In this document: positions 48,489-58,355 of the stretch, in pieces | Layout of the letters: every line of letters starts with the position of its first letter | How positions within the stretch are numbered: the stretch's first letter is position 1 | Source: an uncultured virus (IMG/VR IMGVR_UViG_3300028591_000111) | Lineage: Duplodnaviria; Heunggongvirae; Uroviricota; Caudoviricetes | Length of the DNA: 64,000 nucleotides | IMG/VR virus record: IMGVR_UViG_3300028591_000111 | Direction: 5' to 3' (one strand) | Translations under genes and position numbers: made by a program | The notes under the pieces: generated by a model | What the model saw: only the letters and a program-made list of their open reading frames with translations | Told to the model about the DNA's origin: nothing | Databases searched by the model: none

Positions 48489-48574
48489 CCTGTTTTTGCT
48501 ATTTAACCCACGGGCTAAAGCCACGTGGGATTTCTTCATTTATGTTAAATAATAATTATTATAGAATTACATTT

Positions 48575-49735
48575 TTACGCTTGAACACAGTTGCAAGTTG
48601 AACAAGTGCAATTACATTTAATTTGATTCTCAAAACTAAGAATGAAATTATATGTATCAGTCTGGAATGTAATTCTGTTATTTGGCATAGTGTTAATATA
48701 AAACTGTAAAATACCAAAAAATACATTCTCGTCTCTGACTGCTGTATTAGGATCATCACCTGTAATTCCTAGTTCTCTTTTTAATCCATCATCATCAATA
48801 GCGCCATATGTATATATTCCACCAACAATAGAAGTAAACCTATCACGCAAAGCAAAGCTATCAGGAACTACTATAGCGTTTTCTGTTATAGAAAATAATT
48901 GCCCTAAAGTTTGAGCCTCATTAGGCATACCAGTCATTCCATTAAACAACGTTTTTTTATCGCGAATGAAAGACTGAACGTTTGTAATAACATGAAGATT
49001 TGTTAGCATACCTAACTGTCTAATATTATATTCTTTTCCGCTAGAATCAAAGCTAAAATCATTATAATCATAAGCTGTTCTTAATAGCAATGAATTAGGC
49101 TGCTTCTGATTCAATCCATTATTACCTTCTGTGACAGGCTTGACTGAATCATAATTCAAAAGCTTTTCTGGCGGCATAGGCGTTATTTCACCAGTTGATT
49201 CATCTACAACTGATTTTATTTTCATAAACTTCACACAATCTTTATATGGTGAAACTTTGTCTGGTGTATCTAATTCTGTTTTATCTGTCCCAGAAATAGG
49301 TGTAATGTCATCTAAAGGCAACATTCTTTTCATGCCAATAAATTCTAATCCAGACGTATCACTTGTAGAATCAAGAACAAATCCACATGAATCATTTACA
49401 ACGTTTCCATTGGTACTACTATTGTTCCTGATTACAAACCCTTCTTCTATTTCTTTTGGCGGCTCATCATCACCAGTTTGCCAAGGTTGGGCTTTGCCAT
49501 ATAGAAACCAGATATTGTGTGCTACTACACGATTTGAACGTCTGCAAAATATACCATAACCATCTATATCTGGATCTCCTGTATCATGTTCACGATCAAC
49601 ACGAAAACCAGAAATATCATTTTCCCAATCTGATTGGGATTCATCGGGATATTTTTCTACAAGTCTAAATCCAAGAACGGATTCAAAATAATTACGACAT
49701 TTTAAATGATTTGCGACGCTCGTAAATATTGCCAT
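48575..49735 (-). CDS. putative baseplate protein
   Basis: MAI.T...W...GK..PW.....PP and IRQLG motifs reminiscent of myophage baseplate wedge proteins. Confidence 0.5.
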   Translation of the reverse strand: MAIFTSVANHLKCRNYFESVLGFRLVEKYPDESQSDWENDISGFRVDREHDTGDPDIDGYGIFCRRSNRVVAHNIWFLYGKAQPWQTGDDEPPKEIEEGFVIRNNSSTNGNVVNDSCGFVLDSTSDTSGLEFIGMKRMLPLDDITPISGTDKTELDTPDKVSPYKDCVKFMKIKSVVDESTGEITPMPPEKLLNYDSVKPVTEGNNGLNQKQPNSLLLRTAYDYNDFSFDSSGKEYNIRQLGMLTNLHVITNVQSFIRDKKTLFNGMTGMPNEAQTLGQLFSITENAIVVPDSFALRDRFTSIVGGIYTYGAIDDDGLKRELGITGDDPNTAVRDENVFFGILQFYINTMPNNRITFQTDTYNFILSFENQIKCNCTCSTCNCVQA

Positions 49736-49751
49736 GACTATTACCTATGTG

Positions 49752-49795
49752 CTATCTAATGATTAAAAGAAAACAAATCTATCCTTATTAGATAG
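49752..49795. promoter_or_regulatory. face-to-face pair of CTATCTA late promoters
   Basis: CTATCTA (+) 49752-49758; TAGATAG 49789-49795. Confidence 0.6.
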
Positions 49796-49833
49796 AAATG
49801 CGCAACTTGCCAAAATAATAATGAGGTAAAAAG

Positions 49834-50622
49834 ATGGGAATAAAGATTCAGCCAGATCAATGGGTCGAGATGATAAAAACAACTCTGGGACATCCAGTTA
49901 CGAGACTGGCTGTTACGGATGATATGATAAAAAACTGTATTCATCAAGCAATATTAGAAATAGAACCGTACTTGACGGAAGCCGAGTTGATACCTGGTTA
50001 TGGGCCTGCTATAAATTTAAAAGAATATAACGTCCAATGTGTCGTTCGTGTTTGGCGTCAAAACTCACCAACATCATCAACAGCACAATCTGCTTACGAC
50101 GAATTCACTCTAATGAATTTATATGGCATCCTCGGCGCTGGCAGCTATTCACTACAAAACATGATAAACTCAAGTTCATCAAATCCATACACAAGCTACA
50201 ACAGCTATCTTGGATATGACTTCTCATCAAATTCATCTGCATCATCTCAAATCAGTTTTCAAAACCTGCAAGGCGTCGCTCTCAGAAACATGTATCTGAC
50301 TGAAATATCAGCCCTTATTCCACAAGATTGGAGACTGATTGACGACATGCTATATACTTCTGGATATTCTGGCGGCGTCGTAATCGAAGCCATAACAGAA
50401 AAGTCACTAAATCACATGACACGCACACAGGAAAACTGGGTGCGCAATTTCGCACTCGCAAAAGTAAAACAAATCGAGGGAGAAATTCGCTCAAAAATTC
50501 AGATCGAAGGCCAGCCAATCACACTAAACGGCACTGATTTAAAATCAGAAGGTCGAGAAGAAGAACAACAACTAAGAGAAAAACTAGGCAACGAAATATC
50601 GTTATTCGTCGCAATGAGATAA
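49834..50622 (+). CDS. neck protein, T4 gp13-like
   Basis: LG.PV....V.DD.I..CI..A; W...FALA..K...G..RSK....ITLNG..L..EG. Confidence 0.8.
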   Translation: MGIKIQPDQWVEMIKTTLGHPVTRLAVTDDMIKNCIHQAILEIEPYLTEAELIPGYGPAINLKEYNVQCVVRVWRQNSPTSSTAQSAYDEFTLMNLYGILGAGSYSLQNMINSSSSNPYTSYNSYLGYDFSSNSSASSQISFQNLQGVALRNMYLTEISALIPQDWRLIDDMLYTSGYSGGVVIEAITEKSLNHMTRTQENWVRNFALAKVKQIEGEIRSKIQIEGQPITLNGTDLKSEGREEEQQLREKLGNEISLFVAMR

Positions 50623-50650
50623 AAAAAAGCACCACAAATCGTGGTGCTTA
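50621..50650. terminator. terminator between convergent genes
   Basis: A8 GCACCAC/GTGGTGC. Confidence 0.75.
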
Positions 50651-50657
50651 AATTTTT

Positions 50658-52013
50658 CTACCATCTGCTTTTCTTACTGCCGCCATCACCTTGACCAACA
50701 ACATTTTTTATAAATTCGACAACAGATGTTCTCTTGCCTCTATTCGTTACTAGCTTCGATTGATCTTTTGGATCGAAAGTTCTAATAACCAATTCTGCAC
50801 GACCTTTGCCATCTTTCATTTTTACATCAGGCGATATGCGTGCCTCAAGCCACTGTGAATCAACATCACCACCATAGCGCTGGTTCTCTTTGTCAAACTC
50901 ATGTCCCTTGGATTCTTCTGGTATGCTATATCGAATAACAGCATTAGAACCACCACCAGAATAATTGATTGTTTCCATCCTTAAATCAATATCATCATCA
51001 CCAACATCCTCTCGCTCTGGAAATGCTTTATTTAAAGCCATGCCACAAAGAATAACAATACCCTCTGATGTCATTTTGTTTGTGCATCCACTCGTAACAA
51101 GATCGCCATTAACATAAGACCCATAACTCTTATTTTCATAATAATGAGACAATACATTCTTGTCGAAATCAGATAATTTTTCTTCAAATTTCTTTACTGT
51201 CTCTGCAAGCGCAACTGGCTCATTTACTTCATTACCAAGATTTATATCTTTTTTCACTTCAACATTTTTATTTTTATCATCTTCTTTTTTATCAGCTTCA
51301 ACCTCTTTTTTTAATTCTTCAACGTTGTCAGCTTCAATATCTGATTTATCAACAAGACCTTGCAACATCTTTTCTGTTTCTTGAACATTATCTTTGCTAT
51401 CAAGAATTGTATTAGTTAGCTCATTTACGACATTGGTCAAGTCTGGTTTTCTAACACCTGCTTTTGCAAAATCAAAATTATTTATAGATTCCAAAACGTC
51501 TATCGTTGAGGCGTTCATTTCTTTAATGCCATTATATTCTTTGCGTGATTCTGCAAGATAATCAATAATGTTTTGCGCATTGTCTGCAATTGGTTTTTGA
51601 TCCATTGATGCAAATGGTTCTTCTTTTAGCGTGCCTTCCAGCGCACCTTCTTCATACGCCGTAAACTGGTCACTTATCTTTTGCATGTATTCTTTAAACA
51701 GATCAAGTTCAACAACCATAGAGCTTAAATCACCTTGTTCGCTCAATGATTTGATTGTTTCCGTAACTTCGTCTGCATGTTCTTTGAATCCATCAGGCGC
51801 ATTCTTAAACATGTCTTCCATCTTTTTATTAACAGCTTGTGCAAACTGTTTTGCTTCCGCAGGCATTTTATTTAAGATTTCTGTTGCTGCATCTGTTTCT
51901 ACTGTCTCAACATCCTGTGTATCTTGCGACTGCTGTTCTTGATCTTCTGGCTGTTCGGCTGGCTGTTGTCGTTGTTGTTCACCATCTGCTTCAATATATC
52001 GTTTTGGTATCAT
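50658..52013 (-). CDS. acidic putative virion/head-internal protein
   Basis: Start probably MIPKRYIEA; TATCTA at 52089-52094. Confidence 0.6.
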   Translation of the reverse strand: MIPKRYIEADGEQQRQQPAEQPEDQEQQSQDTQDVETVETDAATEILNKMPAEAKQFAQAVNKKMEDMFKNAPDGFKEHADEVTETIKSLSEQGDLSSMVVELDLFKEYMQKISDQFTAYEEGALEGTLKEEPFASMDQKPIADNAQNIIDYLAESRKEYNGIKEMNASTIDVLESINNFDFAKAGVRKPDLTNVVNELTNTILDSKDNVQETEKMLQGLVDKSDIEADNVEELKKEVEADKKEDDKNKNVEVKKDINLGNEVNEPVALAETVKKFEEKLSDFDKNVLSHYYENKSYGSYVNGDLVTSGCTNKMTSEGIVILCGMALNKAFPEREDVGDDDIDLRMETINYSGGGSNAVIRYSIPEESKGHEFDKENQRYGGDVDSQWLEARISPDVKMKDGKGRAELVIRTFDPKDQSKLVTNRGKRTSVVEFIKNVVGQGDGGSKKSRW

Positions 52014-52100
52014 AATATTATTTCCTAAAAAAATAGCCACAACATGTGTGGCTATATGATTGATAAAATAAACAAAGCTAATATAACATAGATATGTTTA

Positions 52101-52949
52101 TTATTTTTGCGCTGCGGCGAGTGCGTCAATCAATTTCTGCTTGCTTGGTTTTTTCTTGAATGTAATATTGCTTGCTTTTGCTAAATCCAAAAGGTCACTA
52201 TATGACATTTTCTCAAGTTCTAACTTAGCATTTTCTTCAACGACATCGATCTGCTTTGGAAGCAATGACTCATCAACGGTATCACCGTCAACGCGTTTAC
52301 CTTCTGATTCATCATCCTCATCATCTTCTGTCTGCATTTCAGTTTCATGCTTTGCTTCTACTGGCTGTTCAACTTTTTCTGCTGCGACTTCTTTTCTATT
52401 ATCTTCTGCGACTTCAACCATATCGCCGCCACTCATTTCTTGTTTCGCCGATTCTTCTTTTTCAACGACTGGCTGCACGACTGGTTCTTCTGCTTTTTTT
52501 TCAACAACAGATTCTTGCTTCTGGTCATCTACAATAACAGATTCCATTTGTTTAAGTTGAGCCTGCTTTATTCTTTCCTGAATCTTAGGGTTTGAAAATA
52601 ATTTTGAATGTTTATGATCCGAAACACTGAATGATGTCGAACCAATAGAACCAGCTTCATGCTCAACCCTGCGAGGTTTGTTATTAAGGATTGATTCCTT
52701 CATGTTTTCTGTCGCATTGATTGATTTATTTAAAATCTGCTGTGCTTTGTCTTGTGTCATGATTCTAAGGCTAACATTGAGCGCCGAATATCTGTGATAT
52801 TTTACAATCTGCTCATCTGTCAGATTCCCAAGATAAATGCACTTGCCAGAACCAAGTGTAAAATTCTCAGACCGCAGGTGCGTTGAAATAGACACATTGC
52901 GTGTGCTAAGATTGATAAGATAATACTTCTGTGATGTCTGATTACTCAT
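52101..52949 (-). CDS. acidic low-complexity protein with C-terminal Rho-N/HeH-like helix pair
   Basis: LEKMSYSDLLDLAK...K..LIDAL. Confidence 0.6.
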   Translation of the reverse strand: MSNQTSQKYYLINLSTRNVSISTHLRSENFTLGSGKCIYLGNLTDEQIVKYHRYSALNVSLRIMTQDKAQQILNKSINATENMKESILNNKPRRVEHEAGSIGSTSFSVSDHKHSKLFSNPKIQERIKQAQLKQMESVIVDDQKQESVVEKKAEEPVVQPVVEKEESAKQEMSGGDMVEVAEDNRKEVAAEKVEQPVEAKHETEMQTEDDEDDESEGKRVDGDTVDESLLPKQIDVVEENAKLELEKMSYSDLLDLAKASNITFKKKPSKQKLIDALAAAQK

Positions 52950-52978
52950 TGTAAACTCCTATTATTTGTAAATGATGT

Positions 52979-53290
52979 TTAGTCATCGAAACTTTTGAAA
53001 ATTAAATGAGACGCATCAATTTTAGAATTTCCGCACAAAGCGTCTGCATTCTCGATATTATCACAATTTGAGCAATTAGTGCAATAAAAAATATTATGAC
53101 ATGATGAGCAATTTTCTGATTCCATACACGCCACGCAAGCACTGCATTCGGCACAATTGGAACAGTCGGTGCAAACATCACAATCAACACATCCAATGCA
53201 ATTATTGCAATTTGTACAATTCATGCAATTTAAACAATTATTACAATTTATGCAACCAACACAATCTTGGTTATTATTTGGGTCTATCAT
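52979..53290 (-). CDS. Cys-rich (Cxx)n repeat protein
   Basis: Cys every third residue over ~60 aa. Confidence 0.7.
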   Translation of the reverse strand: MIDPNNNQDCVGCINCNNCLNCMNCTNCNNCIGCVDCDVCTDCSNCAECSACVACMESENCSSCHNIFYCTNCSNCDNIENADALCGNSKIDASHLIFKSFDD

Positions 53291-53453
53291 AGATTATCAA
53301 TGCCTCTGTTGTTCTATTATTTTTAGAAAGTTTATTGTTTTTATTTTTCATCTCTAAATTCTTTTTGTGTTCAATTTCTCTTATTTCATCTTCTGTATAG
53401 ATACGAGTTTGTTTAAATGCAGAAACGACAGTGCCAGAAGTAACATTAGACAT
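53274..53453 (-). CDS. small hypothetical protein (59 aa)
   Basis: Hand-translated MSNVTSGTVVSAFKQ...; GGAG SD. Confidence 0.45.
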   Translation of the reverse strand: MSNVTSGTVVSAFKQTRIYTEDEIREIEHKKNLEMKNKNNKLSKNNRTTEALIIYDRPK

Positions 53454-53486
53454 GTGAATTTCTCCGTTGTTGTTTGTTATTGTTTG

Positions 53487-54110
53487 TTAAGCATATTTCA
53501 GCTTAATATTGACTTTTTCTAAAAATGGAATTCTTTGTGACTTATCATTCCATATTGTCATCATTATCTTTTGTTTTTTATCATATTCATCTTTGTCCAA
53601 GACTTCTGATTTGCGCATTGGCGCAAAACTCTTTGCAACTGAATCTGCATGTTCCGTTAATGTAACATAAATAGCAACATCCTGTTTGCCTGTATTTGTT
53701 ATGCCAGTGACAAACAAATATCCCTCTTTTGTATCATAATCAATTTTCATTATTTTTAAAAATTCATTTGCAATATTCAAAGCAAACGATGGCTCATAAA
53801 ATACTTCTTCACGATTCATGCAAATACATGAAGTGTCGCCGAGCTTTTCCCTCAAATCATCCAAGTAATCCTCATTGTCCATTTCCTGTAATAAGAAATA
53901 TGTCGTTAGCTCACTGGATAATTTCTTATATGCTTTTTCTTCTTTTACGTTGTTTATTTGGCAATATAATTCAATCCACTGTCTTTCAGAAGTTACATGC
54001 TCTCTCTTTAAAAAAGATTCCAATATGAAGTCATAATCTTCTTTTTGATCAATGCGCTGATATATTCTTACCATATCATGTTTCCCGAAATTGGTTGAAA
54101 AGAATGCCAA
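53487..54110 (-). CDS. hypothetical protein
   Basis: 207-aa ORF; TAGATAG at 54126-54132. Confidence 0.7.
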   Translation of the reverse strand: MAFFSTNFGKHDMVRIYQRIDQKEDYDFILESFLKREHVTSERQWIELYCQINNVKEEKAYKKLSSELTTYFLLQEMDNEDYLDDLREKLGDTSCICMNREEVFYEPSFALNIANEFLKIMKIDYDTKEGYLFVTGITNTGKQDVAIYVTLTEHADSVAKSFAPMRKSEVLDKDEYDKKQKIMMTIWNDKSQRIPFLEKVNIKLKYA

Positions 54111-54125
54111 AAGGCAATATTATTG

Positions 54126-54155
54126 TAGATAGAAAAGATAGTGTTTGTCTATCTA
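54126..54155. promoter_or_regulatory. divergent pair of CTATCTA late promoters
   Basis: TAGATAG 54126-54132; CTATCTA 54149-54155. Confidence 0.65.
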
Positions 54156-54199
54156 ATACACAAATAGATTATGCTTTTCTTTTTTTATAGGTATCCATT

Positions 54200-54853
54200 A
54201 TGGCAGTAGTTACTAGCAGTTATAGATCATTAAATGCGCGTTGGCTATGGAATTTAGCCAATGAGAAAAAGTCTTTATTCGTTGGCATATCAAAACTATC
54301 AACAGAACAAACAATTACTGTCGATGGCAAGCCAACAATTATAAGCGATATTGATATAAATGACAATGACGGAAATGATGCAATAAACAAATCTGATTTT
54401 TTTGTCCGTGCTTATGCTGATTTCGTTAGAGAATCAGACAATACAGATTGGGATGTTCAATTATTAACACGACAAATGTATGGCACTGATCCTTATCGTG
54501 TCGTTGACGAACATACATTTTTAGACAGACATCAATACTGGAAAATATTGACGCCAGAAGAAGCATTAAACCAGAATTGCTATAACATCTTTTTTAACTT
54601 CACAATAAAAGATGAAGACCATGCTTATGACACATTGTTTAAAGGTCTAAGACACTTCTATGTTTTTGACAACCTGCTATACAAAAATGCTGAGATAGCA
54701 GAAAATATAGATTTCATAAAAAAAGATGACACAGACCCAGACTATTCTGCATCAAACTTTACTGCTGGCAATATAATAGTTATTGATGATTTCGTTTCAC
54801 TGGATGTGCCCGATTACTTCAATACACAAATAAAATATCTCATTTCTTTTTAG
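54200..54853 (+). CDS. putative baseplate protein (gp8-like N-terminus)
   Basis: MAVVTSSYR.LNA...LFVGI. Confidence 0.45.
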   Translation: MAVVTSSYRSLNARWLWNLANEKKSLFVGISKLSTEQTITVDGKPTIISDIDINDNDGNDAINKSDFFVRAYADFVRESDNTDWDVQLLTRQMYGTDPYRVVDEHTFLDRHQYWKILTPEEALNQNCYNIFFNFTIKDEDHAYDTLFKGLRHFYVFDNLLYKNAEIAENIDFIKKDDTDPDYSASNFTAGNIIVIDDFVSLDVPDYFNTQIKYLISF

Positions 54854-54938
54854 TTGTAGTAGATGTAGGTGTGTGTGGTTCTATTTGTTATCTAATATAA
54901 TATCGGGGGATTAATAAGAATAATAAGGAGACTGAATC

Positions 54939-55340
54939 ATGTCAATAATAATAGAATTTCTAAAAAAGCATATAGTTCCAATCGTTATATTCGTCGTCGC
55001 TGGCATCGTTCTGTGCGTATTGAATATAAGGCTTTCAATGCTCAAAAAAGAAAATGATGACCTGCGTGCAAAAATTGAACAAAAAGATCAAAGCATAGAA
55101 AGTTTGAAAGTAAACATATCTAAACTTGAAAGCGTTATCAGGGAAAAAGACAAGCAAAGAGAAATAGAAGACGCCCTGATTGAGCAGAAGCAAGAAAACG
55201 AAAAAGAATTAGTCTGTGAAAAGAACGACAAAATCGAACAGCTAGAAACATTAAAGGAGACTAACGATGAGGTTAAAAACTGGTGTGATGAGCCGATACC
55301 AAGCGATGTCTCAACACTCTTTATTCTTGGGTTGCAATAA
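54939..55340 (+). CDS. inner-membrane spanin (Rz-like)
   Basis: N-terminal TM, coiled coil, C-terminal W.D.PIP.DV; TATCTA at 54889-54894. Confidence 0.78.
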   Translation: MSIIIEFLKKHIVPIVIFVVAGIVLCVLNIRLSMLKKENDDLRAKIEQKDQSIESLKVNISKLESVIREKDKQREIEDALIEQKQENEKELVCEKNDKIEQLETLKETNDEVKNWCDEPIPSDVSTLFILGLQ

Positions 55341-55665
55341 TATTTTCCTTTTTGTTTTCATTATTGTTTGCGGTCTGTTCGTTGTCTGCGGATGCAAAAC
55401 AACTGAAACAATATATAAAACTGAAATCGAATATGTTGTAATAAAGCCTAGCAATGCGCTTTTAGAAGAATGCGCACCATTGCAGACAAAAGAAATAAAA
55501 ACAAATGGCGACCTCGCTGCCGCTTATACTTCTTTAATGTTTGATTACATGATTTGTTCAAACAAGCTAAAGACAATCAAACAATTCTATTCTGAGTATA
55601 ATAATAATAGCGACGGCAGCGGAAGTCAGTTCGTGATTTCTGGGACAACTAGCAGCGAAGAATAA
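55306..55665 (+). CDS. outer-membrane lipoprotein spanin (Rz1-like)
   Basis: Hydrophobic signal + VCGC lipobox, P..LL..C...TNGDL...C; overlaps Rz-like gene. Confidence 0.75.
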   Translation: MSQHSLFLGCNNIFLFVFIIVCGLFVVCGCKTTETIYKTEIEYVVIKPSNALLEECAPLQTKEIKTNGDLAAAYTSLMFDYMICSNKLKTIKQFYSEYNNNSDGSGSQFVISGTTSSEE

Positions 55666-55666
55666 C

Positions 55667-55700
55667 AGAAAAGCCAACCTTAATTTGGTTGGCTTTCTTT
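55667..55700. terminator. bidirectional terminator
   Basis: AAAGCCAACC/GGTTGGCTTT between convergent genes. Confidence 0.8.
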
Positions 55701-55817
55701 GTTTATGGGGGTTAATGATGTCAAACAAAATTTGGAATATTGTTCAAATTGTTTTAGTTGTTTTTGGATTGTTATATTTCGCAATAGTTTTTGCTCACTT
55801 CATAATCACAAAATAAT

Positions 55818-56981
55818 CTACATTATATTATCTGTTGCGGTTGGATCCCACTGAAGTAGCATATTTCCACCGACAGCAACAAATTGACCATTGTTATAAT
55901 AATTTCCTTTTGTCGATTTAGCTGCACGGAATATATCAGTATCTAAGTAGCCTTTAAATGTATCACCTTTAACTATATAATAAGCTGAACTTGATGGGGA
56001 TACATACGATGTATTAGATGCTGCACCAAATGGACACCACCTTGTAATATCAGCAGATGTGCTATTTGTTATATTTGTTGATAAAAGTTCACTTTGTAAC
56101 ACTCCAAATGCTGTGCTGTAATAACATATCCAATCTCCATTAGCATTACAGAAACAGCCACAGTTATTATAAAGACTAGAATTATTATCATAATAACCAA
56201 TATTTCTACCAATCACATTATTATATGTAAAGAAGTCCCTAGTTGTTTGATTTTCGGAAGAATTACTAAATTTAAAAACTCCATATTTTGATTGAGGTGT
56301 AGTATCTTCTGTGTGAGCTAAAGTTCCAAATATTTTACCTAAAGCATAATAAGGAATTAATTCTGCTCTTTGCTGCGAGTTAGAATAAGAAGAAAAATAT
56401 ATAATTGTTTCTTCGTTTATCAACAATCCTAAAGAATAAGTAAATCCATTACCATACATGTCTAAATTCGATCTTATATATGAAGATGTCGTTGTTGACG
56501 ATGATGTTGAATAATTCATTCCATCTGCTACAACCCTTGTAGCATCATTAGGAAACCTGTCCGTACTTGATGTTATTTCAGACAAAAATTCAGAACTAGA
56601 ATTCTTAGGTATAATAGACATTGCTATACCATTACACCAAACCTTATATGTATCATTTTTAAACAAACAACAGTCAGCACAATTATATTGTGGAAATATA
56701 TTATAATTAACGCTACTAGAATTTAAATTAATTGCAAAGCACGACACATAAAGCTTGCATCCAGAATTTGTATTTCTGAAAAGAAGAAAAGGATACTTAC
56801 CTGAACTACCGCAATCAATATCCAAATAACTTTCTGTTGTTTGGCATCTCGAATCAAGTTCCCAACCAGTTCCACTTGTTGTTATCATTTCTGCAAGCGT
56901 CGTAACAATTTTTTTGCATCTTGGCAAGTACGAACTTGACAAATCGGTGTACATAACCAAATCTCTTCTCACAAATTTCAT
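55818..56981 (-). CDS. ~400-aa paralog family, subtype C
   Basis: GW.LD, GCKL, G.IFG.LAH, GDTFKGYLDTD. Confidence 0.6.
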   Translation of the reverse strand: MKFVRRDLVMYTDLSSSYLPRCKKIVTTLAEMITTSGTGWELDSRCQTTESYLDIDCGSSGKYPFLLFRNTNSGCKLYVSCFAINLNSSSVNYNIFPQYNCADCCLFKNDTYKVWCNGIAMSIIPKNSSSEFLSEITSSTDRFPNDATRVVADGMNYSTSSSTTTSSYIRSNLDMYGNGFTYSLGLLINEETIIYFSSYSNSQQRAELIPYYALGKIFGTLAHTEDTTPQSKYGVFKFSNSSENQTTRDFFTYNNVIGRNIGYYDNNSSLYNNCGCFCNANGDWICYYSTAFGVLQSELLSTNITNSTSADITRWCPFGAASNTSYVSPSSSAYYIVKGDTFKGYLDTDIFRAAKSTKGNYYNNGQFVAVGGNMLLQWDPTATDNIM

Positions 56982-57023
56982 AATTTTTCCCCTTATGTTT
57001 TATTGTTATTATATTAGTTATTT

Positions 57024-58313
57024 TTAGCTGAGTGACAATTCTGTCCAAGAATCTTCATTGTTTATATCAGGGTTTGATGAGTCCCAACCTACATATGCTA
57101 CAGGATACATGTAGCTACCTCCGTAATTCTCTGGAGAACCTGTGCCTGATATTAAATATCCATGATGGATTCTTCCAAAAGTTGGTGTACTATTACTAGG
57201 CATCCTACAAACACACATCGTTGTTAAAAGATTACCACCCATTACAGTCATACCAAGTGCTGGTTGAAAATTCATCGCACTATAATCAAAATTATTTATG
57301 CTTAACAATTCATTCTTTATAATACCTTTTACAAGTATATTTTCTGTATTTAATTTAACCATATTACTTCCATTGTTTGATAATGATGATAAATAAACAC
57401 TTCCATATGGAATATTTTGACCACCAGAAAAGAAATATGGTAATGCACTAGGAACTAAAGCTAAAATATTATAATAACCCGTATTATTACTTGTAAGTCT
57501 GGATGCTCGTCTGCCTTCTGAATCTAAACATTCATTTGACCACGCATCTAAACATTCTGAATTTACTGGGTTAAACCATGAATATTCATTACTATTAAAT
57601 CCAAGATTAATTTTTGCCAAACGATAAGTATCAGACGGATCACATAATGAAGAAAAAGCATCACCAGATTCAATACAAGCACCATTTCTACCACTACCAC
57701 CGATAGTGATTATATCTTTGTTTTTTGTAGCATATCCAAAACGAATAGTTCCATATGAGATAGCAAATCCTGATGTTCCCTCTTTTACACCATTAGTATA
57801 TGTATTAACAGAACCAGAAGAAAGTTGAGATGTACATGGCAAAGCCCTAGTAGGGTATGTACCAAAACAACCACGATCAGAAAAATCTTCCAAACTTAAT
57901 GCACTTGCGAATCCAGCATACCTATAAAGAGCTGTCGTTATAGAACCACCTTGGAATTGATATTCTGATGATGTATTTTTAGCAGGCGTGCCCTGCGTAG
58001 AATTAAAATAATATTCACCATTTGTCGCCAACATATAATACAGTTCTTCATTACCATACTTAAAGAACGACAAATAATCATGATATTCGCCATTTGCATT
58101 AGCAACACGATATATGACATTGCCATATGATTCAAAAGACAAATCACCATTTATCTTTGAAAAATGCCATTGCGCACCACTAAGCGCACACGACTCCATA
58201 AACGCTTTAATCCTTGCCTGATGAACCAACAAGCACCAGTTAGCATATGTATTGTCAGCTAAATTCGCACGAACAACTTTATATCCCTTAAACTTATATC
58301 CGCCGAAAGCCAT
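57024..58313 (-). CDS. ~400-aa paralog family, subtype B
   Basis: MAFGGYKFKGYK; YVGWDSSNPDI...SW.E. Confidence 0.6.
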   Translation of the reverse strand: MAFGGYKFKGYKVVRANLADNTYANWCLLVHQARIKAFMESCALSGAQWHFSKINGDLSFESYGNVIYRVANANGEYHDYLSFFKYGNEELYYMLATNGEYYFNSTQGTPAKNTSSEYQFQGGSITTALYRYAGFASALSLEDFSDRGCFGTYPTRALPCTSQLSSGSVNTYTNGVKEGTSGFAISYGTIRFGYATKNKDIITIGGSGRNGACIESGDAFSSLCDPSDTYRLAKINLGFNSNEYSWFNPVNSECLDAWSNECLDSEGRRASRLTSNNTGYYNILALVPSALPYFFSGGQNIPYGSVYLSSLSNNGSNMVKLNTENILVKGIIKNELLSINNFDYSAMNFQPALGMTVMGGNLLTTMCVCRMPSNSTPTFGRIHHGYLISGTGSPENYGGSYMYPVAYVGWDSSNPDINNEDSWTELSLS

Positions 58314-58355
58314 AATCAAATTCTCCTATATATAGCACAAGAAAAATCAGTATCA

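Larger units (their letters stand above)
47132..48543 (-). mobile_element. non-autonomous IS200/IS605-family (tnpB-only) element 2
   Basis: LE hairpin CCCACG-TGGCTTTAGCC-CGTGGG; RE hairpin CCACGCA/TGCGTGG ending TAGTTCAC; left boundary (after TTTAAC) uncertain. Confidence 0.82.
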
